Of a stretch of DNA of 64,000 nt, positions 1 to 15,400 are shown one piece after another. The stretch is from Proteromonas lacertae (Eukaryota), in NCBI GenBank assembly GCA_002245135.1, contig NGBS01000008.1, positions 124,001-188,000 on the forward strand, given 5' to 3'. Positions within the stretch are counted from its first letter, which is position 1. Each line of letters opens with the position of its first letter. The notes beneath the pieces are model-generated. The model saw only the letters and a program-made list of their open reading frames with translations. It made no database searches and was not told the DNA's origin. The position numbers and the translations under genes are program-made.

Positions 1-1999
1 ATATATATATAGTTGTTCTGATTTAGTGAATCGTAATCAAGTATTAGAAAAAGAAAATATGACTTTAGCAAATTCATTTTCAGCCTATCAAACAAGGATC
101 AAAGATTTACAAAATCAAATTGATAAAATGAATATAGATCATAGTGCCAAAGACAGGGAAATTGAAGAGTTAAATGGTGAAATAGACAATATGAAGAAAT
201 TACATAATGAATTGAATAAATCATACACAGACTTGTTACAAAAGAATACTTCATTATATGATGATAATCAAAGGTTAGTCTCCACAAATTCAGCTTTAAA
301 TGTATATATATATATATAATAAATATTATTGTTTAATTAATTTATATTTTAGCAAGATAATTCTAAGTTAAATGCTGATAATGAATCATATAGAAATGCA
401 ATAGAAGAGAAACAGCAAGAGTTGCAACAAACTCAATCAGAATTACAGCAAATAAAAACAGAGAAAGAAATATTAGAAAATGAATGTCAAAATGCAACAA
501 TGACTAAATCACAATTATTAGCAGAGAATCAATCATTGAATGAGAAAGCAAGAAGTCAAAATGAAGAGATATTACAGTTACAAAGAGAGAATAGTAGTTT
601 TAAAAGAAGTGCTGTAGAAAAGGATAATAAAATTGAAGATTTGGAGAAACAGCTGTCTAATTTGAATGATAATTATTCACAATTAAACCAAAAGTATATT
701 ATTATTATTATTATTATTATTATAGTTGTAATGAATTAAGAGAATCAAATATGGAATTAACAGATACAAAAGATAAATTAGGTTTAACAAAAGCACAACT
801 TGAGCAGAAATCCAATCAATTAGAAGATGATAATAAAACATTAGTCAAAACAGTATCAAGCCTACAAAAAGCTGTAAATTCAAGAGAAGAACAAAATCAA
901 CAATTACAATCAGAAGTGAATAGTTTGAAAAACAATTGTGAAAATTTAGAGAATAAAGCAAATGATCTACAAGAAAAAACGCAAACATTAGAGAGTAATA
1001 ACCAAGAACTACAGAAACAATTAGATGAATTAAAAGCAGTATTAGATAATACACAACGAGAACATTCAATATTAAAGAGAGATTTTTCAGAAAAATCAAA
1101 AATAGAACAACAACTAACAAATGATTTGAATGAATTAGAACAGCAACAAATGGAATTAGATCAACAAAATAGTAACCTAAAAGAAGAAAATGCAAATTTA
1201 TTAGAAAATAATACAAATTTGAATAATAATCTTCAACAAATAGAAGAAGAAAGAAATGGATTATTATATGATAAACAACAGTTAGTTAAAACAGTTGGAG
1301 AATTACAAAATCAATTACAACAACAAATGAGAATATGTAAAGAACAACAAGCCAATTTAGAAGCATTAGCAAAAGAAAAATCAATGATGAATTCCAGTAT
1401 TATTGATCAAGTGAAAAAGACTCAAAAACTATTACAAAGAAGTGAATCTACAGTAAAAGAAGAGAAAATTAGGCAGAAAGAAACACAAAGGGCTATTTCT
1501 CTATTAACACCAGTATATATATATATATATTGATTGATTTATTATTGTTATTAGAAACAAAGTCCTCCTGGTGCTCAAAGATCTCCATCCACTCCAAGAA
1601 ATACATCTTCCTTAGAAAAAGAAGTAAAAGCAGTTGAAGAATTATTATCAAAATTAGAAACAATAGTTGGACAAACTAGTGATATGATTATGCAGTATTT
1701 AATTATTATTATTATTTTGATATAGAGTGAAAACATTGACAAATTATGAAGACAGTGAAGCATTTGCCAATATAAAGAACCAATTAACTAATTTATCACA
1801 AAATAATTACAATTTAGCAATTGAAATGCAAACAGCTTTGTTAGATTTAGAATCGGTGATGAGAAAATTGAAGAATAACAATGGAGATTTCCCAAGTGCA
1901 GGTTCAGATGGCAATATGGATTCACCTGTTAAAACTCCTTTAGCTAGAAGAAAATCAGTAATAGTGAATAATAGAAGAAGTAGTATGATGAGTCAGTAA
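1..1999 (+). CDS. Long coiled-coil protein, 5'-truncated, multi-exon
   Basis: ORFs 26-319, 422-739, 751-1533 and 1727-1999 are heptad-like and Q/E/N/L-rich. They join across short GT-AG introns (for example 302-351, 694-740, 1513-1554); stop at 1997-1999. Confidence 0.75.
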
Positions 2000-2122
2000 T
2001 AATGTATTTTAATTTTTAGAGTGAGTAATTATTTATTAAAATATGTTTTTCTTTTTATTCTTTTCATCAAATAATATAAAAATCACAACAAAAATGAATA
2101 GAAAAATTAAAAAACAATTTCT

Positions 2123-3585
2123 TTACTTTCTCTTTTTAAATGCTGGTTTATTTGATTTACCAGATTTACCAGGTTTGTTTGGTTTATTGCTACTCTTATT
2201 CTTCTTTAATTTATCAGTAATCTTCTTCATAACATTAGATTTAGGATTAAACTTTGTCTTTTTACCACTATAACTACTACTACTATTGTCATTCTTTGTA
2301 AATATTCTCTTAGCACTTCTTACTTTTCCATTATTACCATTATTCTTATTTCCACCTTTAAACTTCTTATTCTTCTTCATATTAACAATATTACTTGCAT
2401 TAAACTTCTCATTTTTATCTTTTCTTTTAGTAATAGCTTTCCATTTTGTTATTCTAATTTGTCTATCTTTAAAAGTTGAACCATTCAATAATAACGCTTC
2501 AGACATTGCTGTTTCATCTTTAAACACAACATAAGCTATTCCTTTGCTTTGATTTGTATTTTCATCTCTCACAATTCTTAAGTTCTCAATTTCACATTCA
2601 TCTTTATCTAAATTCTTATATAAGAAATCTCTCAATTCTTCATTAGTTATTGAAAATGGCAAATTACCTATAAATATTGTTCTATTCTTCTCTTGTTTAT
2701 GATTACTTTGTATTGCTTTATCTACTCTGATATGATGAAAATCATATTCCTTTTCATTTTCTACCAATGCTTTTTCAACAGATTCTTCATTTTTATATAC
2801 AATATATGCATTCATTGATCCTACTTCTTCATTGATAGCAGATTTGATGATTGATGCTTTTCTAAGAACTTTCTGATCATATCTTTCTATTGGAACTCCT
2901 GTAACTGGAACTGAACGAAATCTATAAGATTCTATTTCACCATACACTTTGAATATATCTAAAAATGGTTTTGGCTCGTTTAAATATTTCACTATAATAA
3001 TATATAATAATTAATAATAATAATTAATAATAATAATTAATACAGGATATATTTCCTACAAATAATGTTCTTTTTAGTTTTTCTGGATCATCTTTCTTTT
3101 TCTTTGGTTTTGGTGGATTTTCTTTTTTATTGTCTTTTTTTGATCCTTTTTTATTCTTCTTTTTGTTATCTACTGTGTTATTATCATCATCATTCTCTTC
3201 TTCTTCCATTTTTTCTGATGATGGAATTTCTTGTACTACTGGTTTTGCTTCTACGAACTTGTTCTTATTTTCATCACTGAATAACTTTAATAAATCGTTG
3301 GGTATCTCTATATTGAGCTTTTCTTCATCTTTCACCTTCTTTTCTTTCTTTTGTTTTTTCTATTATATTATATTTACAATTTAATACAGTCTTATGTGTA
3401 CTATCTGGAACAACATCAACTTGCTCCTAAAGTAATAGAAAAAACAATAATACTTCAACATCTTGATGTTTTCTCTTCTTTTTCTCCTCTTTCTTTTCAA
3501 CTACAACTCTAATCACAAAATATAACACAAACTCATACTCTTTTTCTTTTGTTTCTTCTGTCTTGACTTTTTTATGTTTTGTCAT
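2123..3585 (-). CDS. NOP12: Nucleolar two-RRM protein, Nop12/RBM34-like
   Basis: Motifs RTLFVGN, YGEIESYRFRSV, NAYIVYK, IRVDKA, RTIFIGNLPF and KGIAYVVF, plus a K-rich tail. ATG at 3585; four GT-AG introns. Confidence 0.85.
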
Positions 3586-3663
3586 GTTTGAGGCTTGATA
3601 AAATCATTTTTCATTTTTCTCACAACAGACAAATTTATATACACAATTAATTATATTAAATAA

Positions 3664-4656
3664 TTATTCATCCATTTCTATATCATAAGGAGCTTCTGGT
3701 TCCAACGAACGACTCATTGTTGCTCTTTCCCATCTCAGAGTATCATAAGAATTATCAACTGGTCTAGTCTTTCTCTTCTCTAGTAGTGCAGTTCTTGTGG
3801 GATGATCATAGACTATAAAAATAATATAATTGTTGTGAATTTATACCATAATGTTGATAGTTTGGACTAAATGTTTCTTTCTGAATGTATCTAGTACATG
3901 GACATGTATATTTCCAATTCTCATGATCTTTCATTGCTTCTTTTTCTTTTCTCAATTCTAGCCTCTGTCTATCTACTTGATCCATAAATATATCAGTTGT
4001 ATAAGGGAATGTTGATAATATTTTACTAGTTGCATTACCATATCTCCATCCACCAGGAACTCTGAATTTTTCTGATCGATACTTAGGATCTGGTCCTCCT
4101 CTGTCGCATACTTTCCTTCCTATTAATTCTTGAGTATTTACATGTGGATAGGTTATATATTTAGAAAATGGAGTTGGTGGTTTTGCTTTTTTTAAAGTTA
4201 CTCTCTGTGGAAGATCTGAATAACTTTTAGATGCTAATAAATTTCGAGATGTTTGAATTTTATTTAGTGCATTTGATACAGTTCCTTGCTTTTGTAATTC
4301 TGCTAATTCTGTTTCTAAATTCTTTATTTTTTCTTCTGCTTGCCTTGATTCTTCAGTCTCCCAATGTATGATTACTTTCTTTCGTTCTTTTTTTAACTAT
4401 AATTTTTGTTATAAAATAAGATAAGACATACTTCTTCTTCAATTTCTCTTATTCTGTGTTTTTTATTGTGTCTCAATTTGTCATTCTCATGAGCATCTTC
4501 TCTGTATATCTTTCTACATATTATCAGCTATTATTATACCTAACTTCATGTAACAATTTTCTCTCATCTAGTTCTAATGGTTTCAGTTTATTCAACTGTT
4601 CCTCTATATCATTTCTAAAATATTATTATGCAATTATACATTCCCGTTGATGACAT
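3664..4656 (-). CDS. Hypothetical protein, not shown in the ORF track
   Basis: Manual translation gives a long open exon of about 3848-4397 (LKKERKKVIIHWETEE...KFRVPGGWRYG...) joined to short exons by GT-AG introns; stop at 3664-3666. Confidence 0.65.
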
Positions 4657-4799
4657 ATTAATATTGGTAAAAAATGTAACGATTTTGGTAATTTACAGTC
4701 ACAATTACATTTTTACATTCTTTCATTTTCTGATTGATATACAAGGTATAATGAATAACAAACAAATGTAATACAAAATGCATAAATTATATAAAAAAA

Positions 4800-6266
4800 T
4801 TATTTTGGTTTTACTCCTGCTTTAGCAACATAAGCTAAAAATTCCTTCAATCCTCTTCCATCACCACCTTCATGTGCTTTAATCAATTGTTTCTTCATTT
4901 TTGGATCTTTTATTGGATTTGAATCACAATTAAATTGTTTCAATTTCTTCTTACATTCAGCTAAACATTGTGGAACTTCTGTAATTTTATTATTATTCAA
5001 ATCAACATTTTCTAACAACTTACAAGTTCCAATAGTGAATGGAATTGTTGTAATTTCATTATTACTTGCTGTTATATCTCTTATTCTTGGAGAATTCTCT
5101 AGATTTATATCTAAAATGGTTAATTTATTCCTATCCACATGTAATGATGTTAAATTGGGTAAATTGGTTATATTTAAGGATGTTAAGTTATTGTCTGATA
5201 TTAATAACACTTCTAATTTATCCAATTTATTTATTTCTGATGGTAATTCTGTTAATTCATTGTTTTGTAACTATAAAAATATAAAAACATAAAAATTATA
5301 AATACTTCCAATGCTTTTAATGAATGTAATTGACCAATAGATGGTGGTAATGATTTCAAACTATTAAATGACAATATCAATGTCAATAAATGACGTAAAT
5401 TACCTAATCCATAAGGTAATTCAGTCAAAACTCCTTTAGCCATTTTCAATTGCAATCTATTCACTGAATGACAAAAGAATAAAGCTGGATCAATAGATTC
5501 TTCTTCAGTATCACCTGATTTGTCAATATTCAACTCCAATATCTTCTTTTCAAATGCTTCTTTGATTTCTGGCCATTCTGGTACTATATCCGATGGTATT
5601 TCTACTTCTTCTTCTGGTTCTTCATCTTCTTTTGCTCCTTTACCTAATAATCCTTTCGCTCTTAATGCTCTGGTTGACATTCCTATTACACCACCACCTC
5701 CAGCATTATTACGAGACTATTATAAATAAATAAATAAATATTTATTATACTTTTCCATCATTTTCATCATCAGAATCTTCTACATCTTCACCATCTATTA
5801 ATTTCACTATTTTGGGGAAGTTCTTTTCAACTGCGTAATCTCTTGCTGTTTTACCTGCATCATCTCTATTTAAATATAATAATTTTATTATTAGAATACT
5901 TTATTTTCTTATCTGGATTCATTAAATCAACCAACATTTTGGCTATTTTGAAATTACCGTTTCTACATGCCATATGTAATACAGTTTCACCTTTTTCAAA
6001 CTGAGTATTAATACTATCAAACTCTCTCATTCTTCTTAAATGATCAATAATGATTTCCATCGAATTTACCTTATTTAATTTGCAGGCCAATTGGATACCA
6101 GTATTTCCATCATCATCCTCTAAAAATAAACACTCTAAAATATACCTGTTGTGATTGGATTAAAACCACCATATGATAATGACCATCTTAAAGTATCAAG
6201 CTTTTCACTTTTGATAGAAGAAAAGAATTGATTTCTTTTATTACCTCCTGTTGCTTTCTTTGGCAT
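4800..6266 (-). CDS. Ankyrin-repeat plus leucine-rich-repeat protein
   Basis: N-terminal ankyrin motifs (GETVLHMACRNG, GKTARDYA) and C-terminal LRRs (LILSFNSL, LLISDNNL, VDLNNNKI); ATG at 6266. Confidence 0.8.
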
Positions 6267-6409
6267 TAAAAACGATGAAATGCAAAAACAGAAAAAAGTT
6301 TGTGATATTCAAACTTATTTGAGAATTGATTTGTTATTCTATTTTGAATAATCAAGAAAAAAGTAATAAAAGAAATATAATTTAGTATTTTATTAATCTT
6401 ATTTAATTC

Positions 6410-9400
6410 TTACACCACGTCAAGAACCATTACAACACCTCCCAATATCCACTTATCTGGTGGTTCATTACTTTTAACACTAGCACTGAATATATAAGTA
6501 GGACCACGATTCTGTGTTCTATAAATTGGACAATAGAATGTACTAGGCGATTCATTCTTAGATAATGGCACAGCTTTACAGTTAATTACTGGTAATAAGG
6601 AATACAACTCTTTTGGATAGGATTTCATTATACAGGATGTGGTAATATCAAATCTTGCACCTTCCATATACAAACCATGAATGTAATAACCTTCTCTACT
6701 GGGGATATCAATCTCATGAACATATTTCTTCTGAATATCAGTTTGAATTACTAATTTATCCAATTCTAAACTCTTCTTTTGTGCTGTAACTTGTGTAATG
6801 GATGTTAAGAAAGATTGAGGATTGAAAAATCCAGATAACCAAGTCACTTTTGGAACTTCAAGTGTATTTGCTAAAATCTCATTATACTGTTGAATTCTAT
6901 TATTCAAATCTTGTAACCAACTACCTAAAGGTCTTAAGGAAGGATAAGCTAATACTTCCCATGTATGAGGAACTTTTGAATTATAAATTTCATTTGCTAA
7001 AATATCCATTCTTTCAGACATTTGTAATTCACCATTATAACCCATTTCTAATTCTTCTAATGACATTACTATTTCGTGGATTAATATATTCATTGATTGA
7101 TATTCTTGTAAAAATACATTTTGGAATGGACCTGGATCTGTTACAGTCTCTCTTATTTCATCTAAATCAAATTTGAAATCCCTATATTGATCTAATATTT
7201 CTTGTAAAGTAACTTCCACTGTTGATTGTATTGTTCCAGCTGTTGTTTCATTTTCTCCACCTCCACTGTTAGATCCACCATTATTTCCACTACCATCTCC
7301 TCTTCCACTGCTTCCACCTGAATTTCCATCACTGTTACTATTTCCAGCTGCCATACTTGGTGAATCACCAACTCCACCTTTTGGTTCAATTAATAATATC
7401 TTATTGAAGATTGTTTGACAGATTGTACTTCTTAAATCAATCTCTGTATTGCTATGTAAACCTAAATATACTGGACTTTCTGCTGGGAATGAATCAATGT
7501 AAGTAACATAACTTGCATAAGTAGAAGGAGGTGGTGCTTTGAATGAATATAACTTCGTATCTTCTTGATCTAAATAAGGAACTAATTCCATTTCTTCTAA
7601 TAATTCATCTCTTAAATAATATTGTAAGTATTTATTACATAATAATCTATCAAAATCATTCACTATATGACCACCATACATAATTTCACCAAATATGTAT
7701 CGTAAATCATCCCAAGGTATTTTGACTGGAGCAGTTTCCATATAATTGTATAAAATAACAGAACTATCTTTCAAATCACAAATAGAGAATGGATATAACA
7801 TATTAAAACCTTTAGCACCATATGTTTTACGTTCAATTAATATAGAATGGAAGTAACATAAACCGAATAATATACCTCTTGTTTTTGAATCTAAACTATC
7901 AATATCATCAGCTGTAAATGTACTGATTGAACGTTTCAAATTAGATTTCAATCCTGTTGGTGGTTCATTGGTTATTTTAATTGATTTATTCAATATACCT
8001 AATGGAATATTATTGGAAGGTTCTGAAGCTAAAAACAGTCTAAAATCATTATGACATCCACTTAAATAAAATTCATCTAACTTTTTATCTAATTCTACCA
8101 ACCATACTGGCATTAAGTGTAAGTTATTTAATAATACCCAATAACCATTCTCTACAGCTTGTTCTAATGTTTCCATAGCGATTGTATCTTGTCCTTGACC
8201 TAAGGAAATGTAGAAGTATGAATTATTCTTAATCTTTCCATTTTCTTCAGCTAATTTGTCAATTATTGTAACAATATCACTTCCTGAGCTTAGAATGAAA
8301 TACAATGGAATTGTTGGTGATGAATCTTTGAAACATTCATTTGTAATTTGATAGAAACTCAATTGAGAATCACAATTAATAAAATCATTACCATGTGGTA
8401 ATATATCAATAATATATTTAGTTAAAGCTGTGATTAATCTATCAGGTCTTAAACAACGAATAACTAATAATTTCTTAAATGGTGTTTTGTCTAATTCTCT
8501 CCAATCTAATGGCAATTTCTCTGTTTCTGGTGATAATTGATTATACCATTCTTTGAATCTTTGAGAATTCTCTGCTACATCACTGGCAAATCTTTCAAAA
8601 TCTGTGAGGCCTGACAAGGCTTGAATACCATACCAAGTATTTTCAGTTAGCCAATCAACTGGATTTTCTTCTCCCATTACTTTCTTTGGTGATTTGATTA
8701 AGTAATTCAAATATTCCAATGTAAAACCTGTATCTTTTCCAATTATTCCATTTGTTAAATATTTAAACAATATTTCACATAATAATATGATTTTATCATT
8801 TTCAAACAAACCTCTTGATAACCATCGATATATAACAAATCTTAACGTTTCTTTGATTTTTGTAATTGTTTTTTCTTGCTCTTCTAAGATTTTCTGTGGA
8901 TTTTTCTCTTCTTTTAAGTTGTTGATATCTTTATCTTTGTCTTTTTTATTATCATCATCAGCTAAATTTAGTGATTGTAAGAAGAATTGTAAGAATAATG
9001 ATAATGAATATTGATATAATGGATTAATAATATTCATATGATTAGCAATAAAGTATAATATTGATCCTTCACTTGCTACACTTCTATAAACATTTCTAGC
9101 ATCATTAATTTGAATTTCTGTGATTTTGGCATTATTCACAGATTCATTGATTTGATTTACAGTACTTTTTGTTAATTCCAAACTTTCAATCAATGAAATA
9201 TCTGATAAAATATCTTCTGGAGCATTTGATATTTTGTTTAATAATTCTTCTTCTAATCCAGCTAATTGTATTTTATATTGATTTAATTGCATTTGTAATG
9301 CTTGTTTTCTATCTTCCAACTCTGGTTGTTCTTTTCTTACAACTTCAGCTAATAATTGATCTTCTAAACCACTCTCTGTGACGATGAAATTGATTAAAGT

Positions 9401-12400
9401 ACATTGGGCTTGAACTTCAGGCTTGTATTCTGGATTAGCTATTTTAGTTTGGAAGAATAATCTAAAGTTAGGATTGTATTCAATCTCATTACCATCTATT
9501 CTCATAAACAAACTATGTCCTTTCTTAAAGTATGATTTGGATAGTAATGGCTCTAATATTGGATCTATTTCTTCACCAATATTATCAATTAAACATGGTT
9601 TACCTTCCTGAATAGCAGTTTGTAATGATTTTGTCCAATTCTTTTGACCAATTCTAAAACCAATCAATCCTTTTGATTCAAATTGAGATCTTATCCATTT
9701 AATACCTTGTAACTGTGGATCTATTAATAATGGATATCTGTCACAATTACTAATAATCACTGCATTCTCAATTGATAGTTGATCTGATGGTAATTGATGA
9801 GTTAACCATTCAGCGATTTGTGTTTCTGTTGTTAAGATTGAGATTGGATCTATATCTTCTTTGAGTGGAATTTCTCTTGATTCTAAATCACTAATCCAAA
9901 TATCTCTCCATAAATCAGTTCTGAAACTAGAGGTAAAAGCACCAATATATGATATAAAAGCAGCTCCTAATAGACAATCTCCAATTAGTGTAAATGATGA
10001 CATATTATAAACATCAATCTCTTTTCCCCATCTTTCCTTTTCACTACTTAAACCACTCACTAATCTTTCAGCTAAATCCAATTTCTTTTGACAAGTTGCA
10101 GCTTCTAATTCAACTTTAGCTTTTTCATTACTTGCTTCTAAATAGTTCTTTTGTAATTCTGCTAAACTATCAGTTGCTTCTTTTACTACTTTTAATGCAG
10201 CATCTAATTGTTCTTCTGCTTTTGCTGATTCTCTTTGTGCTTCATCTAAACTATCCATTAATGGTTTAACTTTAACATATACAGAGTTATAATGTATAAT
10301 ATTTACCACCCAAACCACTAAGTTTGCAGCTGCAATACTCTTCTTTGACATGGTTGTTTCATTAAAGTCTGGATCAGCTAAATATGGTTGTAAATTCTTC
10401 TTCACATCTTCAGGGATTGTTTCTGCTGGATATTCTTCTAATTCCTTCTTGAAATAATCAATCTTAGCCATCATTCTCTTTGCATTATCAAATGAAAAAT
10501 TCTTCTTTTCATTTCTTAACATCATTAAGACTGTCGTTGTTACTTTCAATACAGCAGCTGGTGGACTTACCATAGACTTCAATTCAGTTAAACTTGCTTT
10601 ATTCAAACAGTTTACTGCATCTTTAGCTCTTAATAAAGCTGGTTGTGCTTTTTGTAAGGCTTCTTTTGCTTCTTTTTCTATTTTATCAGCTGATGCTTTT
10701 GCTTCTAAGGCTTTTCTCTTTTCTTTATCAGCAATTTGTTGTTGTTTCTCAGCTAAATCTCTTTGCTTACCCATATCATCTAATAGCAAATCTGTTGCTT
10801 TCTTTTTCTCATCCACTTTGATCAATGATTCATTCAAATCTTTCTGTAATTGTTCAACTTCAGCAGCTGTTTCTCTCAATATCTTTAAACCAGAGGATAA
10901 TCTTTCAATTTTTACATCATTTTCACTCTTCTTACTCTTTAATAATGATTTATATAATGAAATGAAGTTCAAATATGTCTTAGGAGTTGTATAATTATAT
11001 CTTCTTAATTGACTCAAATACTTATTACTTGTATTAGTCACACTTGTATGAACTTCAGCAATATAATGAACAATATTATCTTTCAATTCATTACTTTCAA
11101 TTGATAAATCTTCAATAAACTTATTAGAAACAGATAATAATGAATCTAAACTCCAAGGATGATACCAATCAATTGTTGTACAGTTAATTAAACCTGGGAA
11201 TTTTCTACATCTTATTCTAAAATGATCACCTACTGGACTGAAGCATAATATAATATGTAAATTCTCTTTTACTCTATTTACGAAGAAATCAGTTAGAGAT
11301 TTCTTATTGTCTGTTATACCAATACTTTTAGCTAAATTCTTGAGGGAATTACAAACACTTTCTAACTCATCTTTTGTATATAAATCAACAATATTACCTG
11401 ATGATAAGAAATCATTAATATAAACCAAGTATTTCTCATCATAGATTTGATTTTCTGTTAATAAATAAACAACAGGTATTGCTGGCTTTACACCTGCTTT
11501 ACGATATAATTCCTTCAAATTATCTTTAAAATCAGCAACATTGAGATTATTCGATTGAATAATATCATATCCTACAATATAACTGGATAATCTACAAATT
11601 GATTGTTTTCCACTTCCTCCTACACCAATCAGTAAACCATTACCTTGAGGAGTGGATAATATTCTACACAAATGGCAGATATGATCCATTGCTTGTTCAA
11701 ACAACACTAAATCGATTATATTATGAGTATTATTATATTCATCTAATTGTGTATGTAAGAAATCATTCAATTCTTTATATCCTGATAGTGGTAAGTAAGG
11801 AGGTTGATCTGATAATATATTATGAGCGAAATGAGTATAAATGATTGGTTTTTCCATTATTACATCAATTTCATCATCAAAATGTTTCTTTATAATATCA
11901 GTAATGATTGTTTCATAATTTCTTATATCTTTTTCATTAGTAAATCTATCTTTATATACTCTATCACATTCATGTATAAATAATCTAGTCAATTTCAATG
12001 GTTCATTACTATAATATTCAGATTGAATTAATAATAATTGTTGGAATATATTTCTCAAATCTCTCATATTGAAATTATAATGGAATTTAATAGCTGTTGG
12101 TAAAAATTTCTCTGATATAATTTGATATAATTCAATTGATGCATTGATAATGCTGTTACTAATATCCATTACTTTCTTACTATAAGAACCACTAGAAGAG
12201 TTCAAATGAGTAGTTAATAATGTTGATAAAATCACATTCAATTGTGTAACATCTGGTAATGGAACTATAAATGTTGAGAAATGCCATTGATAACGTGGAT
12301 TAACTGTAAATGAACCAGCTTTGTTATTCATACTAGTAATGAACTGAATATCAACAATTGTCTTTCTTAATGATAAATCAGAACGATCAAACCAATTACC

Positions 12401-15400
12401 ATAATCTAAAAATTGTCTTAAAAGCTCGATAGAGGTTTGAGTTCCATAAGTTTCAACTTGTGTCATATTCAAATCATCAATATAATAAACTAATGGCTTT
12501 GTACCAACTGGACCATATATTCTACCAGATCTTTTATCTAAAGATTCTTCTAAATGTTGTTGCATTGTATATGAATCAGTGTAATAGTTACAATTGATAG
12601 TTACTGAGTTATAATTATCTTCTTGATTGTGTAATATATCTTTAATCAATAATGTCTTACCTGTACCAGCTGGACCAACTAACATTATTGGATAATGGTT
12701 TGACATAAGCTTGACTGTTAATGTACTTAATCTTACAGTATCAATAGTATGAACTAAGATATTACTTAATATATTTTCACTTAATGATGGAATAGATGTT
12801 GGTAATAATTCCTTCCAAGGTACAAACTGTAAGGTTTGACCTGATAATGAATTAGAAGATGTAATATTCAACATTTGATTATTATTATTATCATTTCCAC
12901 CATTATCTTCACCATTTTCTCCATTTTCATCATCATTATTGTTGTTTGTTGTATTATTTGTAGAGTTATCTACCATTGTCAATGCATAATCAAATACAAA
13001 TCCTTCATTAGGGAATGGAACTTTCTTAAATCCTCCTCTATACATTTCATCGAATTTCTTCCAATAATTACAATTCTTATCAATTGATAAAGCTGAACCA
13101 AATGCCCAAACACATGAATATAAGAATATCATTTCTAATGTCTCTTTTGTTCTTGGTTTGAATTCATCTAAATATGATTCTAATAATCTGAATAATGTAT
13201 TGATTATTGAAACTAATGGAATTGGAGTAATATATTGGAACTTATGAGCTTGACATTGAGTTACAAATTCATCAATATATGTTGAGAATAACTTCGGTAA
13301 ATTGGATAATTCAAAATTATCTTTTCTTGTATTAATCCATCTTTCAATCAATGGATGATAACCAATATCAGTTTCATTAATATATAATATACCAGCTCTT
13401 GATACTGTAGCAGGAGTAGCATTTTTCAATGTATTTACTTCAAAGATCAATCTCATTGCTGCTGTTAATGGAATTCTTTCATTGGAGACTAATGTTAAAA
13501 CTTTATTATCGTCCATAACTGTGTTCATTGATTCAATCCATACAGCATCAATATCTCCATCTAATACTATAAATTTCCATTTTTGACTTTCATTGTATTG
13601 GTTGAAATTCTTAGACATGTTTCTCATAATAATTGAAAATGCACCATCTGTCCAATCTTTCGTTAAATTCATAAAACCAAATAATTCATCACTTGTGATA
13701 GATTTAGGATTGACTACTTCATGCATACAGATTGTTTTCTTTTCATTATAATTGAAACTATTACATAATCCTTTCCAAACTGTTGATTTACCACTTCCAG
13801 CTGGTCCTAATATCATTACACTATGTCTTACATCAATAATTTCCTTTAATTGAATGACTTTTAATACAAATTCTTCTTCAGCAATGATGTTATTCTGTTT
13901 ACTACTTTCTATACAATTATTCTTCAAAGTTTCATCAATTTTTGCTGCTATTTGCATATTAGGGAATAAATCAGATATTAATCTTAAGAATATAGGTAAA
14001 TCAGTTGATATAATCTTTGGAATATTGAAATCTCTTAAAGCTCTCATTAATATAATATCTTCATTAATTGTTGGTTCTGATCTTTTCAACATTCCTGCAA
14101 CTCTTAATACTGACTTAACAGCTCTTAAACCCCAATCGTAATGTATTTGTTGTGATAATAATTCAGAACATAATTTATATAATGTAACAAACTTGATTGC
14201 CATTGTTTTAGCTTTTACAAAACCTTCAGACATTAACATATTCTCACAAATTGGTATTAAATCTGGTCTAATCATAGCGCAAGATCTGAATAATGTCTTT
14301 ATATTCTCTGGTAATTCTGTACGACCAGCATAACCTGGATTCATTGTAATAAATATACCAACAGTTGGGATTAATTTGATTGGATGTCCCATGAAGTCGA
14401 ATGTACCAACAACTACACCTGGTTTTCCATCTGGAATATTCTGATATTGTTCATCTCTATTCTTAGCATAATATAAGTATTTAATAGCATCTAATATGGA
14501 TTTAACTTGTGTTGCAACAACTGATAATACTTCAATACAAATACGATTGAATTCATCAAAGCATCCCCAAGCACCAGATTGAGATAAACCTTTGAATATA
14601 TTACCTAAAGTCTGATAATTCATTTGATCAGAACAGTTAAATACATAACAAGCCAAACCTAATGATCGAGCCAAATCTTTTGTTGTTTCAGTTTTACCTG
14701 TTCCAGCTGGACCTGCTGGTGCACCACCTAAATTCAACTTCAATGCGACAGATAGTGTAATATAACATCTATCAGTTAATGGAGTAATTACTAGTCTTTC
14801 AGTATTACCTAAATACTCATATGCATATTCAGTTGTATAATCAATAATCTTCGCCAAACAAGTACTATTTACTGCATAAAATCTCAATTGACTTTTCCAC
14901 TGGAAATTACCAACACTATCAACCTTCAAATCTATTAATTTCTGTATAATATCTCTATTATGTACATCCATTGTGATTAATGTAATAATTTTAGTTCTAT
15001 CTCCTTCACTCAAATTACCTTGAACCAATTTAATCAAATTCTCTAATCGATTAACACATAAATCCAAATATCTCTTTATTGAATCTTCACTACCATTTTC
15101 AAACTCTGTCAAAGCATTTTCTGTTTCTTGAGTGTACATTATTTGACTTACTAATAATACAATTTGTGCTGGATAATGGAATAACCATTTCTCTCTTGGC
15201 AATTCAGCAATCCATTGACTAGCAGCATCTAGTGATAAATCTAATATATATTTCAAACTGTTTCTCATCGTAACTAATAAATCATTCAGCCAACATTCAA
15301 CTTGTCCTTTAATAGTGAATCTTTCACTAAATTCCACCACTTCTCCTTCTTTAGATATCATATGAGTTGCATAAGTTGGTGGTAAATTCTTATCTTCAGC